A stretch of DNA of 62,889 nucleotides, the filler included, from Octopus bimaculoides (taxonomy: Eukaryota), in NCBI RefSeq assembly GCF_001194135.2. It is 5 parts of 5 records of this genome, joined end to end, with 100 filler letters (N's around TTAATTAATTAA, not from the genome) between each part and the next. Parts side by side here need not be neighbours in the genome. Positions count along the whole stretch, not along the records: positions 1 to 15,545 come from NC_068985.1; 4 more parts are not named here. One strand, given 5' to 3'. Below, piece after piece: positions 1 through 14,376 of the stretch; the stretch's first letter is position 1; every line of letters begins with the position of its first letter. The position numbers were made by a program, and so were the translations under genes. A model generated the notes under the pieces. The model ran no database searches, had not been told where the DNA came from, and saw only the letters and a program-made list of their open reading frames with translations.

Positions 1-289
1 TATATATATATATATATATATATATGGCAGCGTCCATTGTCAATGCTATCGTCGCGTCCCCACTAACAAGGGAACCTTTTAAGTGGTCGCTCAAACTGCT
101 AGAAGTAGCAGCCAAATCACCTTTCTCACCTTCAAATTACACCCACTGTGTTATTTATATAAGAAAAAGACAAATTCGATAATGTAACCCTTAAATTTAA
201 CGCCTAAATAAATGTCGGGATGGTCGTGGCTTGAGCGCCTCTGATCATATTTCTCCTCGATCAAGAAGACTGACCTAGGGTCGAACGAC

Positions 290-1190
290 AACATCATCAT
301 CGTCATCATCGACATCATCGTCGTCGTCGTCGTTATCGTCATCGATATTTTCATTCACCACCCCCACCACCATCATCACCAGTAGCATTACTATCAACAC
401 CACCGTCGCCATCATCTCCACCACCACCATCAACAACAACAACAACAACAACATAAAGGCACTAACACCTCCGCCCCACTACCACCACCATTCTATTACC
501 ATACTATTACCGAAACCTTACCATTATCATCGCTGATCCCAACACCACCACCACCACCACCACCACCACTACTACTACTACTACTATTGCTACTATTACT
601 ACAACTACAACCTGCTCTACCACCACCACCGCCACCACCTTTCACTATCACTTCCACCACACCGCTACAACCACCAGCATAGTATTGTTGTTACCACCAC
701 CATCGCCTCAACAGCACTTCGAACCAGCGCGGGAATCCCTGCAGGTCGCTCGACTTGCTAGAAATAACAGCTAACTTGCCCTCAAGTCATATATTCTCTA
801 AAATAAGGAAAGAGCACATGGTACAATGTAATGTAGTTCTAGCGTAGATACATACTTTTTTTTTAAAAAAAGCAGGGGTTGTCATGGCTGGAATTCCTTT
901 ACAATCGTAGATCTGGTTGTGTTGGTGTTGATTTGGGGATAAACAGCAATAATTATCCAGCTCTGTCTACTTCGACACCATCGCCACCAACATCGCCGCC
1001 ACTAACATCGCCATATCCACCGACAACCACCGCAATCATCTCTCTCACGCCCGTACAGCAGCACCACCACCACCACCACCATCACTCACTTCCAGGACCA
1101 TCAACACCTTTCCCTCCAACTCCGCCGTCCCTTCCAACACCACTCTTCACCCAGCATCATCATTATCATCGCAAACAGCATCACCACTAA
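290..1190. repeat. Compound trinucleotide low-complexity region (CAT/CAC/AAC/TAC)
   Basis: Visible runs; these produce the His/Thr/Pro ORFs. Confidence 0.85.
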
Positions 1191-2399
1191 CAGCTATTTA
1201 GCNNNNNNNNNNNNNNNNNNNNNNNNNNNNNNNNNNNNNNNNNNNNNNNNNNNNNNNNNNNNNNNNNNNNNNNNNNNNNNNNNNNNNNNNNNNNNNNNNN
1301 NNNNNNNNNNNNNNNNNNNNNNNNNNNNNNNNNNNNNNNNNNNNNNNNNNNNNNNNNNNNNNNNNNNNNNNNNNNNNNNNNNNNNNNNNNNNNNNNNNNN
1401 NNNNNNNNNNNNNNNNNNNNNNNNNNNNNNNNNNNNNNNNNNNNNNNNTACCTACCTACCTACCTATCTACCTACCTACCTACCAACCTACCTACCAACC
1501 TACCTATCTACCTACCGGCCGACCTACCTACCTGCCTGCTTGCTTGCCTCATCTAACACTTGTCCGTCCCACCACGCCTCGCCTTCGTTTTGCTCTGTTC
1601 TACTCTACTCTGCTTTGGCTTGGCTAGGCCTGGCTTGGTTGGTCGTTTCTTTTGTGACATACTCTCTCATTGATTCACACATCTCCGAGATGCTGGCTTG
1701 CTATAAGATGTTGAATATTACGTGGTCGGAAAATTAACTTACTCTTCGAACTTGCTTTCAATAAGCTTTCAGATGCACACCAGACATAGACAGATAGCTA
1801 GCTAGATATTATTATAAATTGATAAAAAAAATTAGATACAGATGTAGAATGATAGAAAGCTGTATCAAAATACACACATAGCTGTTCAATAAGAGATATA
1901 AGATTGAATAGATAGCAAGATAGACAGCTAGATATGGATAGATGATATACATGTATACTTATTGGATATACATGTATGTGTATATTTCTTTATCGCTTCG
2001 TCTCTTTCTTCCTATTATTGATGATGGAAATAACTACAAACCGGGACTTCCATTCTGCTCGAGCTGATATTTACATACAGAGGTACGTCCGTATGCATAT
2101 AAGTCATGTGTGTAATACAATGTAATGTTATTGTAATGCAATATATTGCTATGTATGTATGTATGTATGTATGTATGTATGTATGTATGTGTGTGTGTGT
2201 ATGTGGGCGGTGGCTATGTAGTTTCGTGTTTGCAACCATAAACATATTTACACATTCATATTACCACCTATAGTTTTATCTGTATCTCCCACACCCCTCT
2301 TTTCTCTCCACTCACCTTCCCTTTCTATACTCCTCTTTCCTCTTCTCTCCCTCTCCCTCTCTCTATCTCTCACTCACTCATTCTCACCCTCTCACTATT

Positions 2400-2814
2400 A
2401 TCTATCTCTCACTGCATTTGAAACGGCATATACTTGTAAACATATATACATAGACACATGTATGTATTTATACACATATGTATGTATACACATGTATATG
2501 TATGAATATATATACGGTCAAACATGTATCTATACATATATATAAATATAATTATAAATATATGTATTTCTATACATATTATATATACATGTATATATGC
2601 GTTTATATATATCCATGTATACAAATATTTACTTCGTTATATACAAACGTTTATAAAAATGTTTATATAAATATGTGTGTATATACATAGATATATATAT
2701 ACAAACATACATAGGTATATATAAATATATACATACATGTTGTATATGTGTGTGTATATGTATATATATATATATATATACATATACAAAAGCAATCTTT
2801 GCTCGTAAATTCAT

Positions 2815-2857
<43 letters not shown>

Positions 2858-3028
2858 GCATACATACATATGTAATGTGCAAATATACTTACATATGTGT
2901 ATGTGTATGTGCATAAATATATAGGCACACTGATGCACTCACTCATACACACACATATATAATGTTTATATATTCATATATATGCAGGTGTGTGTGTGCG
3001 CGTGAGTGGAGGGTGCGCGTGTGCGTAC

Positions 3029-3059
<31 letters not shown>

Positions 3060-3489
3060 GTAACATTCCTACGCACGCACACGCGCGCAACCTATCTGCG
3101 AGTGAAATAACAATCATGATAACAGCGAAATGGGGAAATATCTATTGTATATGGATGTATTCATAAATATCATATATATATATATATATATATATATGTA
3201 TACGTATGTATGTATGCATGTATGCAAGCGAATGTGTGTATGCGTGTGCTACCTGGAATGTGTACACCTGTTGTGTCTATTCTTGTGCGTATGGCTATGC
3301 ATTCATTCATACTTGTACCAATCATGCGATCTTTCTATACACTGTTTGTTATGTACATCCTACATCTAAATCGAGCGTGCGCGCGTTTGCATCATTTCTG
3401 CGAGTGTGCGCGTGTGAGCGTATATAGGGGCACATGCCTGAGTGCGTATTCTACCTGTAGTACTTAAACATCTATGTAAAACTGTACAG

Positions 3490-3528
<39 letters not shown>

Positions 3529-3900
3529 CATACATATATATACACATGTCTGTGTGTGTGTATGTTTTATTGTATCTATATCGTTTTTCTTTCAGTAAAG
3601 GCTAAAGCCATGCTGGAGCGCTACCTATATGCGTTTGTATTGTTATATATATATATATATATATATATAATCTATGTATATACATGTATGTATGTATGCG
3701 TGTATGTATGTATGAAGAGAGATATATAGGTTTCATGAAAAGGGTTTAGGGGTGTGCTCTTATGTTTTATACTAAGTATCTATACGTTTATGTATGGGAG
3801 TTTATCCTCTGTGTGTGTATGTATATACATACATACATTTACACACACACACATACATTCGTATTCATGTTCATATTTATGTATTCGCGCGCACGCACTT
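2400..3900. repeat. Degenerate TA/CA/TATG microsatellite field
   Basis: Visible. Confidence 0.9.
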
Positions 3901-4573
3901 GTGTTTGCTTGATTGCTCTTCGCATCAAAACTTGTCTATATGTTATTTGTTGCAAATGCTATAACTAGAATAATTTAAACACACACACACACACACATAC
4001 ACACAGAGGATAAGCGTCCTGTCTATTTAGATTAAGATACAGTTTCAATTCGCACTTGAGGCGATTAAGTCGCTAAATACCTTTGGAAAGGCATGAACTA
4101 ACCGAGAAATCTCTCACAAATCCCGCCCCAACGATCCTGGGAAAGGAAACACTGCCAAATGTATGTAGTCTTAAAACATGCTTAAAAAAGGACAAAATGA
4201 TCACTGCTGGAATTACTTTTGTGTTTGTTCGCCTTAAAATAATGTTGACTTGGGGATAATCTACATTATATTAACAGTAAAATTTCAAAGACTTGTATCT
4301 TGTAAATATATTTACCTAAATGTTAGAGAGTGTGCGTGTGTATGTGTGTGCAATGGTTATGAGCATATAATTATAAGAGAGATGAGATATAGACGTGTAT
4401 ATATGGTTTATATGATATGCATTGCAGGTAATGCACAATAATAAATTTGAATGTGTGTATGCAATAAATGGATACCCAATTTGTATATCATTTTTTAAAA
4501 TCTAAATGTGAGTACATAGATATAATATACTTATACACTAGCTCATATCTATATAAGAATATATACACATGTG

Positions 4574-4574
<1 letters not shown>

Positions 4575-4616
<42 letters not shown>

Positions 4617-4641
4617 GGACTGACGGATGGATGGATGGATG

Positions 4642-4680
<39 letters not shown>
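4575..4680. repeat. (GATA)n/(GGAT)n
   Basis: Visible. Confidence 0.95.
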
Positions 4681-4681
<1 letters not shown>

Positions 4682-5054
4682 CCCATACACTCTTGATTAG
4701 TGCTATTAAATGGAAGGCGACGTTAGACTCCTGTGGGATAAGAACTTGCGACAGATACTCCGGTAGTTCTGTATATTTTATACACTCGGAGTATTTCCCA
4801 TTCTAACTCGCAATGTTAACACTAGCCAACGCGAGCAAGTTCGCATATTTATATACAACACATACTCGAGAATAACTATCCAGCACAGAGAAAAATACGT
4901 TGTCCATTGGTAAGTCTCCGCACACGCACACGCACACACACACGCACGCACACACACGCTCGAATGCGTTCACATATGCTTTCATCAAGCACACACTTAT
5001 ACGTACGCTCACATCCACAGTCCTAGACACTTCCTTACAGGCGTACCCGCACAG

Positions 5055-5097
<43 letters not shown>

Positions 5098-5628
5098 TGT
5101 ACGCGCACACGGGCGCACCCGCGAAATCATACCCATATACACGCATAATTCCAAACACACACACACACACACACACACATTCGTACGTGAATACGCGCGC
5201 ATACATTCGTACATAAATACACACAGACTCGCACACACGCGCGCGTGCAGGGCGTACAATAAGGGACATGTTTTCGGGGAGGTAATCAGCATCCGTGTTT
5301 TCAATCCCTGGCTGGAGAAATCTCTGACAACAGAACCATAGATAGACAGATAGAGAGAAAGAGAGAGAGAGAGAGAGAGAGGGGGGAGAAAGAGAGAGCG
5401 AGAGACAGACAGAGAGAGACAGAGAGAGACAGAAAGTTACATCGAGAGATACATCGAGAGATACATCGAGAGATACATACATACATACATACATACATAC
5501 ATACTCACGCGCACGCGCATGCACATACACTTCTTATTTTTCATCGGTAGAAAGTTACAAGAGCGATTGAAAGAACTGAAGATTTCGTACTTGTCATCTA
5601 TGCAGCAAAATATCTATCGACATGTGGT

Positions 5629-5675
<47 letters not shown>

Positions 5676-6429
5676 CGTGCACGTGCGTGTATGTATGAGG
5701 AATCTGAAATCGTTGCAAAACGTTTGTCCGAGTTTCTCCATTCCGATCTTCGGACGATACTGATAAGCAGAATAATAATTATAAGTATATTTGTATACAT
5801 ACATACATACATACATATATATATATATATTTATATATATATATATATATATAATGTGTGTGTCTGTTATTTGCATGCATCTGTATACGTATATGCGTGC
5901 GCACATGCACGCAAGCCCACCACAATGTCTCGGGTAGCGCTAACGCAGGCTTCGTCTAACTTTGTAGTCCGTCTGATATAAAGTCTTATATGTCATAATT
6001 TGGGACTCTATAAACAACAGCTCATTACCACTGCTGCTGCTGCTGCTGCTGTTGCTATTGTTGTTATAACATTTGCTGTCGTTACTAATATTGAATAACG
6101 TTTTCCTAGTAAACAAAAGTTGCTTCTCCAGATCCGCGCCTCTAAGTTCATATTTAAGGGGCAGCTGCAAATGACTCGTTGTGCCCGTTTTATTTTCCGT
6201 GTTATAATTAGGCCGATGCTAACTGTGCATGTAGTTCGTTTGAGTTTCAATTAAAAGAAATATTACAGAACAGTGTCAATCGCTTCTTTGAATATGTAGT
6301 AATGTGCTTGGTAGAACTGGTAGAAATTTCTGTAATCTATAGAATCGGTAGAAATTTCAAATTAGAAGTAATTATTTCAGACGGCATATTGGAAGAATTG
6401 TTAAAACATCGAAAAAAAAAAAAAAAAAA

Positions 6430-6790
6430 AAGCAAAACGTCTTGAGGGATTTATTTACGGTCCTTCGGTGTGTGAGCTCAAACCCCCTTAACGTCAATTT
6501 TACGTTTTATCGTTCCAGGTCGATAAAATATAGTATCAGTGCTGGGGTCGATTTAGTCGATTTAGTTGACTAACTCCAAAAGTTGCTCGCTGGTGCCTTT
6601 AGAGGGTCGGTCAAAATGCCTTGCGGTTGTAGTTACACCCTGAGTTTAAATGCCACTGAAGCTAACTTTCTTTCAATTCTAACAGCCGATAAAGTAATTA
6701 TACCAGTTCATGTACTAGAGTCGATTTAACTGGTTAACCCCCTTCCTAAAAATTAGTGGCCTTGTAACTATGCTAGAAACTAATTAACTA
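6430..6790 (+). mobile_element. Two degenerate SINE family B units in tandem
   Basis: Repeated gtcgataaaa..agtatcagt..ggggtcgattt motif blocks. Confidence 0.6.
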
Positions 6791-6859
6791 TTACAAATAC
6801 TAGAGGCTGTGGGGGACTGGGAATCGCTCGTGGAGGAGTTGATACGGCAAATGAGAATT

Positions 6860-7200
6860 GTATGGTAGACAAGATGGCACATGGTTCTGGGTTCAATCCC
6901 ACTGCGTAGCACCTTGGGCGAATGTCTTCTATTATAACCTCGGTCCGAATAAAGCCTTGTCAGTGGACTTAGTAGACGGAAACTGACAGAAGCCCGTCAT
7001 GTGTGTGTGTCCCACACCACCGCTTGACAACTGATGTTGGTGTTCTAGGTCCCCGTAAATTAGTGGTTCGGCAAACAGAAGGGTAGATTCAGTGTCAGGC
7101 TTTTATAAAAGTTGATTCATTCAACTAAAAATCTCTTCAAGACGTTGCCCCAGCATGGCCACAGTCTGATGACTGAAACAAACAAACGATAAAAGATAAA
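6860..7200 (+). mobile_element. SINE family A copy
   Basis: Colinear similarity to 54295-54750, including the 3' stem-loop (7162-7175). Confidence 0.8.
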
Positions 7201-7499
7201 GATGCCGAAATGTAGCTTTACGGGACGTTAGCAACATTCGGGCCGTTCCTGTTTATGTGGATGAGCTACTTAGCAGTCAGAGTAAGGCTGAATTGGTAAG
7301 GCTCCTTGACTGACCGTAGGTGACTACCCTTTTATTGGGACTCCTCCTCATTTCATTCCTTGGCTGTTTGTTTTCCGGCGTAGCCACAACTCATCCCTCG
7401 CCCCTTACACATTGTTTACGTAATTTATTCATGTAATGTCGGCTCATCTGTCTTCCATGTAGTATATAAATCATTGTTTCTTTTTTTGTCTTATGAGTT

Positions 7500-7905
7500 G
7501 TGAGATTCGTAGAGCTTCGGATAAAATGCTTTGCTGTATGTATTCGAGTTCTTTACATTCTGAGTTCAAATCCGAGGTTAATTCTGCGTTTCATTCCTCA
7601 GGGGTCGATAAAATATAGTACCAGTCAAGTACTGGGGTCGAGGTAATCGACTAGCACCCTCCCCTCAAAACTGCTGACCTTGTGCCTAAATTAGAAACCA
7701 TTGTTATTACGAGCAGTCAGAATCCTTGGAGCGTCGTACAAAATATCTTGCGATATTTCTTCGAGTTCTTTACGCTCTGAGTTCAAATCGCGCAGAAGTC
7801 AGTTTTGCCTTTCGGCGTCCGGGATTGATAAAATAATATAGCAATCAATGTAAGCAACTAGCCTTGTACCCACAAAATTACTGGCCTTGTGCCTAAATTG
7901 AATAA
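7500..7905 (+). mobile_element. Two SINE family B units in tandem
   Basis: ttctgagttcaaatcc..ggggtcgataaaatatagtaccag..ggccttgtgcctaaatt, twice. Confidence 0.7.
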
Positions 7906-8117
7906 CGCTACATACATACATACACACTCATTCATACACATATATACACATATATGCACATAGCCACATGGTGATTTGATTGGATATCATGCTTGCGATG
8001 AGTTTACGTTAGGACGTACCATTTATAACCTACGTGTCATAACACTCACGCACATAGAGTACCATAGCCTTAACAGAACCAGAACCTGACGCTCTTTACA
8101 CAATAATGATTACGATA

Positions 8118-8335
8118 TTCTTTTCTACTATAGGCACAAGGCCCGAAATTTTGAGGGAGGTGGGGCAGTCGATCAGATCGACTCCAGTACGCAACTGGTA
8201 CTTAATTTATCGACCCTGAAAGGATGAAAGGTAAAGACGACCTCAGCGGAACTTGAACTCAGAACATAAAGGCAAACGAAATACTGCTAAGCATTTCGCC
8301 CGGCGTGCTAGCGTTTCTGCCAGCTCGCCGCCCTT
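8118..8335 (-). mobile_element. SINE family B, complete copy
   Basis: Reverse-strand match to 53815-53880 (head) and 54090-54275 (body and tail). Confidence 0.8.
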
Positions 8336-8338
8336 TTA

Positions 8339-8490
8339 TAATTAAATATCATAAGGAATGGTACAAAAATCAATTCTTAGAATATTTTGTGCATTGTTGA
8401 AGTATAACCAATTTATTGCAGATAAACTTTTAACAACAAAATCTTAAATGGACCCCCAAGGGCCATATAGACCCTGATTGAGAACCACTA
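8339..8490 (+). mobile_element. hAT-type MITE, right half
   Basis: aattaaatatcataaggaatgg..gaagtataaccaatttattgca matches 34030-34100. Ends ttgagaaccacta, the reverse complement of the TIR. Confidence 0.6.
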
Positions 8491-8830
8491 ACCACTAACC
8501 ACTAACCGTGGGCATCACGAATTTTACATCCTGCCACCAACTTCCCTGTTCTGTGATATGTCCCAGTTTGTAAAACATAGCTAAGATATACAAACTCTTA
8601 ACTTTTACGACTTGAAAGGAGTATATTTCGTTGATGAAGTTGCCTGAGGCATGTCCATTGCTTTTACCAGTTAGCTTTATAGACCACTTCCACTCCCATC
8701 TGCTTCGTCTTCATTTTTCAAAAATATCGATTGACTAATTTTATTAGTTATCTCATTTGGTCGTTATTTTCAAATTATAAAGAAAACTTTGGGGGAAGAT
8801 TATGTCTCACAATCGCAAGAACATTTCAGT

Positions 8831-9041
8831 TATCTTTTACTTGTTTCAGTCATTAGACTGCAGCCATGATGGTGGACTGGCTTAAAGAACTTTTTGTCGG
8901 ATGAATCAACCCCGGTACCTTTTCTTTTTAAAGCCTGGTTCTTATTCTATCGGTCTGTTTTGCAGAACCGCTAAGTTACGGGTACGTAAACACAGCAACA
9001 CCGGTTGTCAAGCGGTTGTAGGGAACAAACACACACTTACA

Positions 9042-9076
<35 letters not shown>

Positions 9077-9206
9077 GACGAGTTTCTTTCAGTTTGCGTG
9101 TACCATATCCTGTCACAAGGTTTTATGGATGGATTTGAGAGTAGATTTTGGCCCTGAACCCGGAACCATGTGGTTGGGAAGCAAGCTTTTTACCACACAG
9201 CCACGC
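8831..9206 (-). mobile_element. SINE family A copy
   Basis: Reverse-strand colinear copy with an internal deletion. Confidence 0.8.
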
Positions 9207-9809
9207 ATTCTCAACAACTCACTACATTACATGCGTCAGATACTAACCGTATATGAAGGGCTGATGTGGCATGCTTGTGCTGGACATTCCAGCTAAACGT
9301 TTAACCGGTCAAAAAGACGTGGTCGGACACACAGGCGCCGAAAAGCTAGCACAAAATATGTAAATAATGTATGCAAAGTTAGTGAGTATATAAGCGTTTG
9401 TAAAAATGTGAGTGTATATAAGTATGAATACTTTCAACGGAGTGGACTTTGGTGAAGGCGTCCAAGGGCCAAATGGTGTTAAACCGAGAAACGGATTAGA
9501 TTTAGCATGTTACCATTGGTTTTTATTCCCATGATTAACCATACATTAAAAGATTAAAAGCATTCCAGTTTTCATCAACCTGTATTTTATGTCTATGTAG
9601 CATTATATTATCCACTAAATCCTTTCTATTTTAAGACGATAGGGAGTGACTTGAAGAGATTTGTCTTCTATTTCTAGCAGGTCTAGTAAATGCGTAGAGG
9701 TTTCTTTATTTTTGCTCCAATATATATGCATGCCTCTGTGTATGTATATGTATGTATACATTATGCACATGTATGTGCAAGTATGAATGTCACTGCTTAT
9801 GTGGATCTG

Positions 9810-9840
<31 letters not shown>

Positions 9841-9871
9841 GCTTTATTTAAAAGCAGCAGAAATATAACAA

Positions 9872-9917
9872 AAAACTGTTACTCTGAGTTTCACGTTCCC
9901 GTTCATCGGACAGTTTT
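9872..9917 (-). ncRNA. Mirror-image hammerhead motif on the opposite strand
   Basis: Exact reverse complement of 9925-9970, in the left arm of the palindrome. Confidence 0.7.
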
Positions 9918-9924
9918 GTTAGAA

Positions 9925-9970
9925 AAAACTGTCCGATGAACGGGAACGTGAAACTCAGAGTAACAGTTTT
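9925..9970 (+). ncRNA. Type I hammerhead ribozyme motif (U4C core variant)
   Basis: Stem I aaaactgt(9925-32)/acagtttt(9963-70); core CCGATGA (9933-39); stem II acg-ggaa-cgt; GAAA (9950-53); stem III ctc-a-gag; predicted cleavage triplet GUA, cut after 9962. The only core deviation is U4>C. Confidence 0.7.
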
Positions 9971-12537
9971 TTGTCATATTTCTGCTGCTTTNNNNNNNNN
10001 NNNNNNNNNNNNNNNNNNNNNNNNNNNNNNNNNNNNNNNNNNNNNNNNNNNNNNNNNNNNNNNNNNNNNNNNNNNNNNNNNNNNNNNNNNNNNNNNNNNN
10101 NNNNNNNNNNNNNNNNNNNNNNNNNNNTATATATATACATATATATATATGTTTGTGTGTATACATATGTGTGTATGTACTATGTATATAAGCACACATA
10201 TATATTTTTTGTATGTGTGTATATATATTTATATTCATATGTGCGTGTGTATTTATATGTGTATGTGTATATATGTATGTGTGTGTGTGTGTGTGTGTAT
10301 GTTCACATTCATTGTTAATAAGGCTACCACATATATTTACCCTAAATATTTAAATGCTCATAACTGAGTGTTTGTGGTCACAATTACTTAGCATTACCTG
10401 CAGTTTGTAGGACAACCAGTAAGCCGCATTAACTACAAGAATAAAAGGATAGAAGGAGGAAAATATAATATTCATGTACACTCCCTGAAGACACTAAGGA
10501 CAAGCTGTGAGATGATGAAAGAACTAGAATCTGTGAGCGAATCCAGGTCACCAACTCGTCTTGGACTTAGTTATTTTGTGAATAAGCATTAACACATTGT
10601 GGCGCATGTGATATCTTTGTTTAATCAAGACTATACTCAATAAAGTCAGGAGTGACAAATCAAACTAAAAAAGGAAAAAAAGGTTTAAATTGGTTGACAC
10701 ACCAGAGTTACAGTCAATTAACTATGAGAAAAAGTACTTTAGTGAGGAGAATTACTCTGTGATAGAACATGTACTACGATCCTTAATTTCTCAGTGAAAT
10801 ATATTCGCGAACTGGCGTTTACATTATACTTTTAAAATAAACTTTGCAATAAATAACACCCACTAGGGTAGGCAAGGTCAGTGAATGTTAATGAGAATTG
10901 TTAAGTAATAACGAAATTGATTGGTTCAAAACTCGTCCTAAGTTGATGAGGTCTGAATCGATCCATTTCTCTCGTGGGGCCTCATTTAACAACCATACTT
11001 TTAATACTGTATATTTATTAATCTATCACACGCGAAAGAGCCTCTGTACGGTTATTCAATCTGCCACAATGTTGCAGCGAAACCATCTTAAATAATGATA
11101 TATAAGACATGTTAACTTTGGTTAGTGCAATTATTGTTTGTGTGCTTCATTGAAGGATTTCTGGTTTAGATCCTCTCTCATTGTTCCCTGATATTTGGTT
11201 GTTGCACTCTTTTGTTACTGTGTCATGATAGAAATGTGTGTTGCGACGACACGATTAGCATTCAGCATTTATGACATTTTCCCCATAAGGACTCGTTTTT
11301 TATTCTACTGCGTGACATTTTGTGAAACTGTCTCTTGCAATTGCCATAAGTTGACGTGAATCTTTTGAGTTAAATTGGGTAGAAGGAAACTGTTTCGAAG
11401 CCTGTTGGATGGGTTGTAACTGTAATTCGAAGGGTCAATTTTGTAACGTAATGTGTAGTGTTGAGTTTCCTTAATAATTACACTAAGGGTGCACGAATTT
11501 GGAATACTCACCTACTTACACATCATTTCATTCAGTAGAACATTCAGTAGATAGAATATCTAGAATACTTATCGTGGAAACCGACGGAGGCCCGTTTAAA
11601 TTTCCACGGTCAAATATTGTGTTATCTCGCAACGTGGTAAAAAATAATGAGAATTACTAAGACTCTACCAAAAAAAACAAAAAACAATAAAAAAAAACAA
11701 AGAAAATGCTAGAAGTGGAAGATAAGTGATCGTTTGACAAAAAAATAACTTCAATAAACAGCAGAATATGGAATATGCTACTTACTTGTGCAACGAGAAG
11801 AGAATTGTAACATTTCGTGCTGAGCTATTCTGAAAGTGAGAGATGATAATCTCTAAGAGAAAGTTAATAGGTACCAAATTTCTCCTTTGCTGTGTCACCT
11901 TATACTGTGGATCCTGGCGTACTTGCAGTCATTGGAAAATGCTTCATCATTAATGTTCTTGGAAATTCTAGCACAATTTTAAAGAGAGTTTTATTTTTAT
12001 CTTCTTGTTCCTTATTTTTACCAACATCCTCTCCATTTTCTTCTCTCTTTTTTCCCCCTTTTTTCTATCTTTCTTTTTCTCTTTATTTCTTTCTCTTTTC
12101 ATTCTTTCTTGTCTTTTCTCGCTTGGCACTAACCTTCCCCATCTTTAATTATTTAAAAATTCATTTCACGTTACTTCCCTATCTGAACATTGATCTGTGG
12201 TACTTTTATTAAGGTTAAGAATGCTTTTCGTAGTACTCTAATGCTTAATCAATGACACATCCATATTACCAGCTATATTTTTCATCCAAGTTTCTTTATG
12301 CGTCTCTTTAAGACAACAGCACGCGATGATAACCGAAGGATGAGCAAGTTTGCCTTGTTATACGACGATCCAGTTGGTCTTAATGGCGATGATTGGTGTT
12401 ATGTCCGCAATATCGAACCTGTTGCAACATGTTTGAGTTTCACCAAGTGTTGCACTACCTTCGATATTACGGTGCAGTATAAGTTGCTGCCTGCCTGCCT
12501 TCCTGCCTGACTGACATTCTTGCTTTGGATATATATA

Positions 12538-12582
<45 letters not shown>

Positions 12583-12745
12583 NNNNNNNNNNNNNNNNNN
12601 NNNNNNNNNNNNNNNNNNNNNNNNNNNNNNNNNNNNNNNNNNNNNNNNNNNNNNNNNNNNNNNNNNNNNNNNNNNNNNNNNNNNNNNNNNNNNNNNNNNN
12701 NNNNNNNNNNNNNNNNNNNNNNNNNNNNNNNNNNNNNTGTATATC

Positions 12746-12780
<35 letters not shown>

Positions 12781-13499
12781 TATTGCCATCGTGAAACGTC
12801 TACATCAAATAATTTATTTCCTACTTGAAACCCCGACTGATGTTTTGACTTGTAATTTTTACTTCCGAACTCTTGTCTTTCTTGCCTTTATTTGTGACAT
12901 TACGGATGCCCTTTGCAATTAAACACTTCGGTCATTGTTTCATGAACCAGCCTCCATCTTTAGCCCTCAATAACACCATGATTACAACAAACCACAATCA
13001 CAACAGCCCCTTTCCCAATTCTCTGAGTCTTTGAAATTGGTTCATTTATAGCACTTGTCACCAGATCTAAGCGAATTAAATACATGGACAGCAGCAGCAA
13101 ATGTGTTTCAATCTTTATTTGTGTATCCGAGGCAGACGTGTAAATGAACGATAGAGGTAATTCTCTCGGCCATGTCTACTATTTCTTTTCATTCTAGAGA
13201 CTGTCCTATTCTATTTTACTAAACTAACAGCTCTCAAACACACCAAGAAGAGTGCCCGTATGATGTTGCGCAACCTACAAAAATAGAGACCAAATCTCTC
13301 TCAAATCATGCTATTCTGTGCTAAAAAAAGAATACATTAGTTAATAAAATCCCATATATACTATGCATGAATAAAAGACGTAGTTAGAACATTTTGGATT
13401 GGTCCGACCAGTCAGAGTTAGCCCCAGGAGAAACAACAACAAAAATAGCTCACAAAATGTTTTAAGGTACTGTATACAGTTGAAAATAATGATGGCGGT

Positions 13500-13576
<77 letters not shown>

Positions 13577-14331
13577 AAGAGATAGATATACATACATACA
13601 TACATACATACATATATTGATTTATGATAGATACAATGTGGATGAAGAGTGTAGTCGATTAAATAAACCATTGTACCGGTACTTTATTTTATCGACCTAC
13701 AAGAATGAAAAACAAAGTCGACTCCAGCTCGCAATAAAGCTCAACACGTAATGTTAACTGAAATGCGTTCGTTTATAAATGAAACGAAACGGAAAACAAA
13801 AACAAAAACTATACAAACAAGTATTAAGATGGTTTGCATTTATTACGCCTCACTAACGCTCCCCCTCCCTCCCTCTATTACACCCATATTTTTTCAAACT
13901 ACAGACCAGCTTAGTATATTGATTCCTTGCCAAAAAGATATAAAGATATGTTCCTACTTTCCTTAATCCTTCTACTTGTAATTCCTCAAGCCTAATAATT
14001 CTGTAAGTGGTACACCTGCAATTAAAGCTACCATTTTTATTGCCCGCATATATTTTATATACAGACACATTAAATGCGTCTATAGCCCGTATACTTGTGT
14101 ATGTATGAGTGTGTGTGTGTATGCATGTATGTATGTATGTATGTATGTAAGTATGTATGTATGTATGTATGTACATAATTGTACCATAAGCGGAGGATTA
14201 TAGTACTAATAGGTTTTTGTACATAAATACAAATACATTTAAGTGTGAGTGTGCGCGCATTTACCTAAGTTTCTCTCTCTCTCTCTATCTCTCTCTCTCC
14301 CTTTCTCTCTCTCTCTCTCTCNNNNNNNNNN

Positions 14332-14376
<45 letters not shown>

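Larger units (their letters stand above)
9851..9991. mobile_element. Palindromic (foldback) element, probably an inverted Penelope-like/retrozyme terminus
   Basis: Arms 9851-9917 and 9925-9991 pair at 66/67 positions around a 7-nt loop. It follows a (TA)n tract, and the right end runs into an N gap. Confidence 0.7.
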
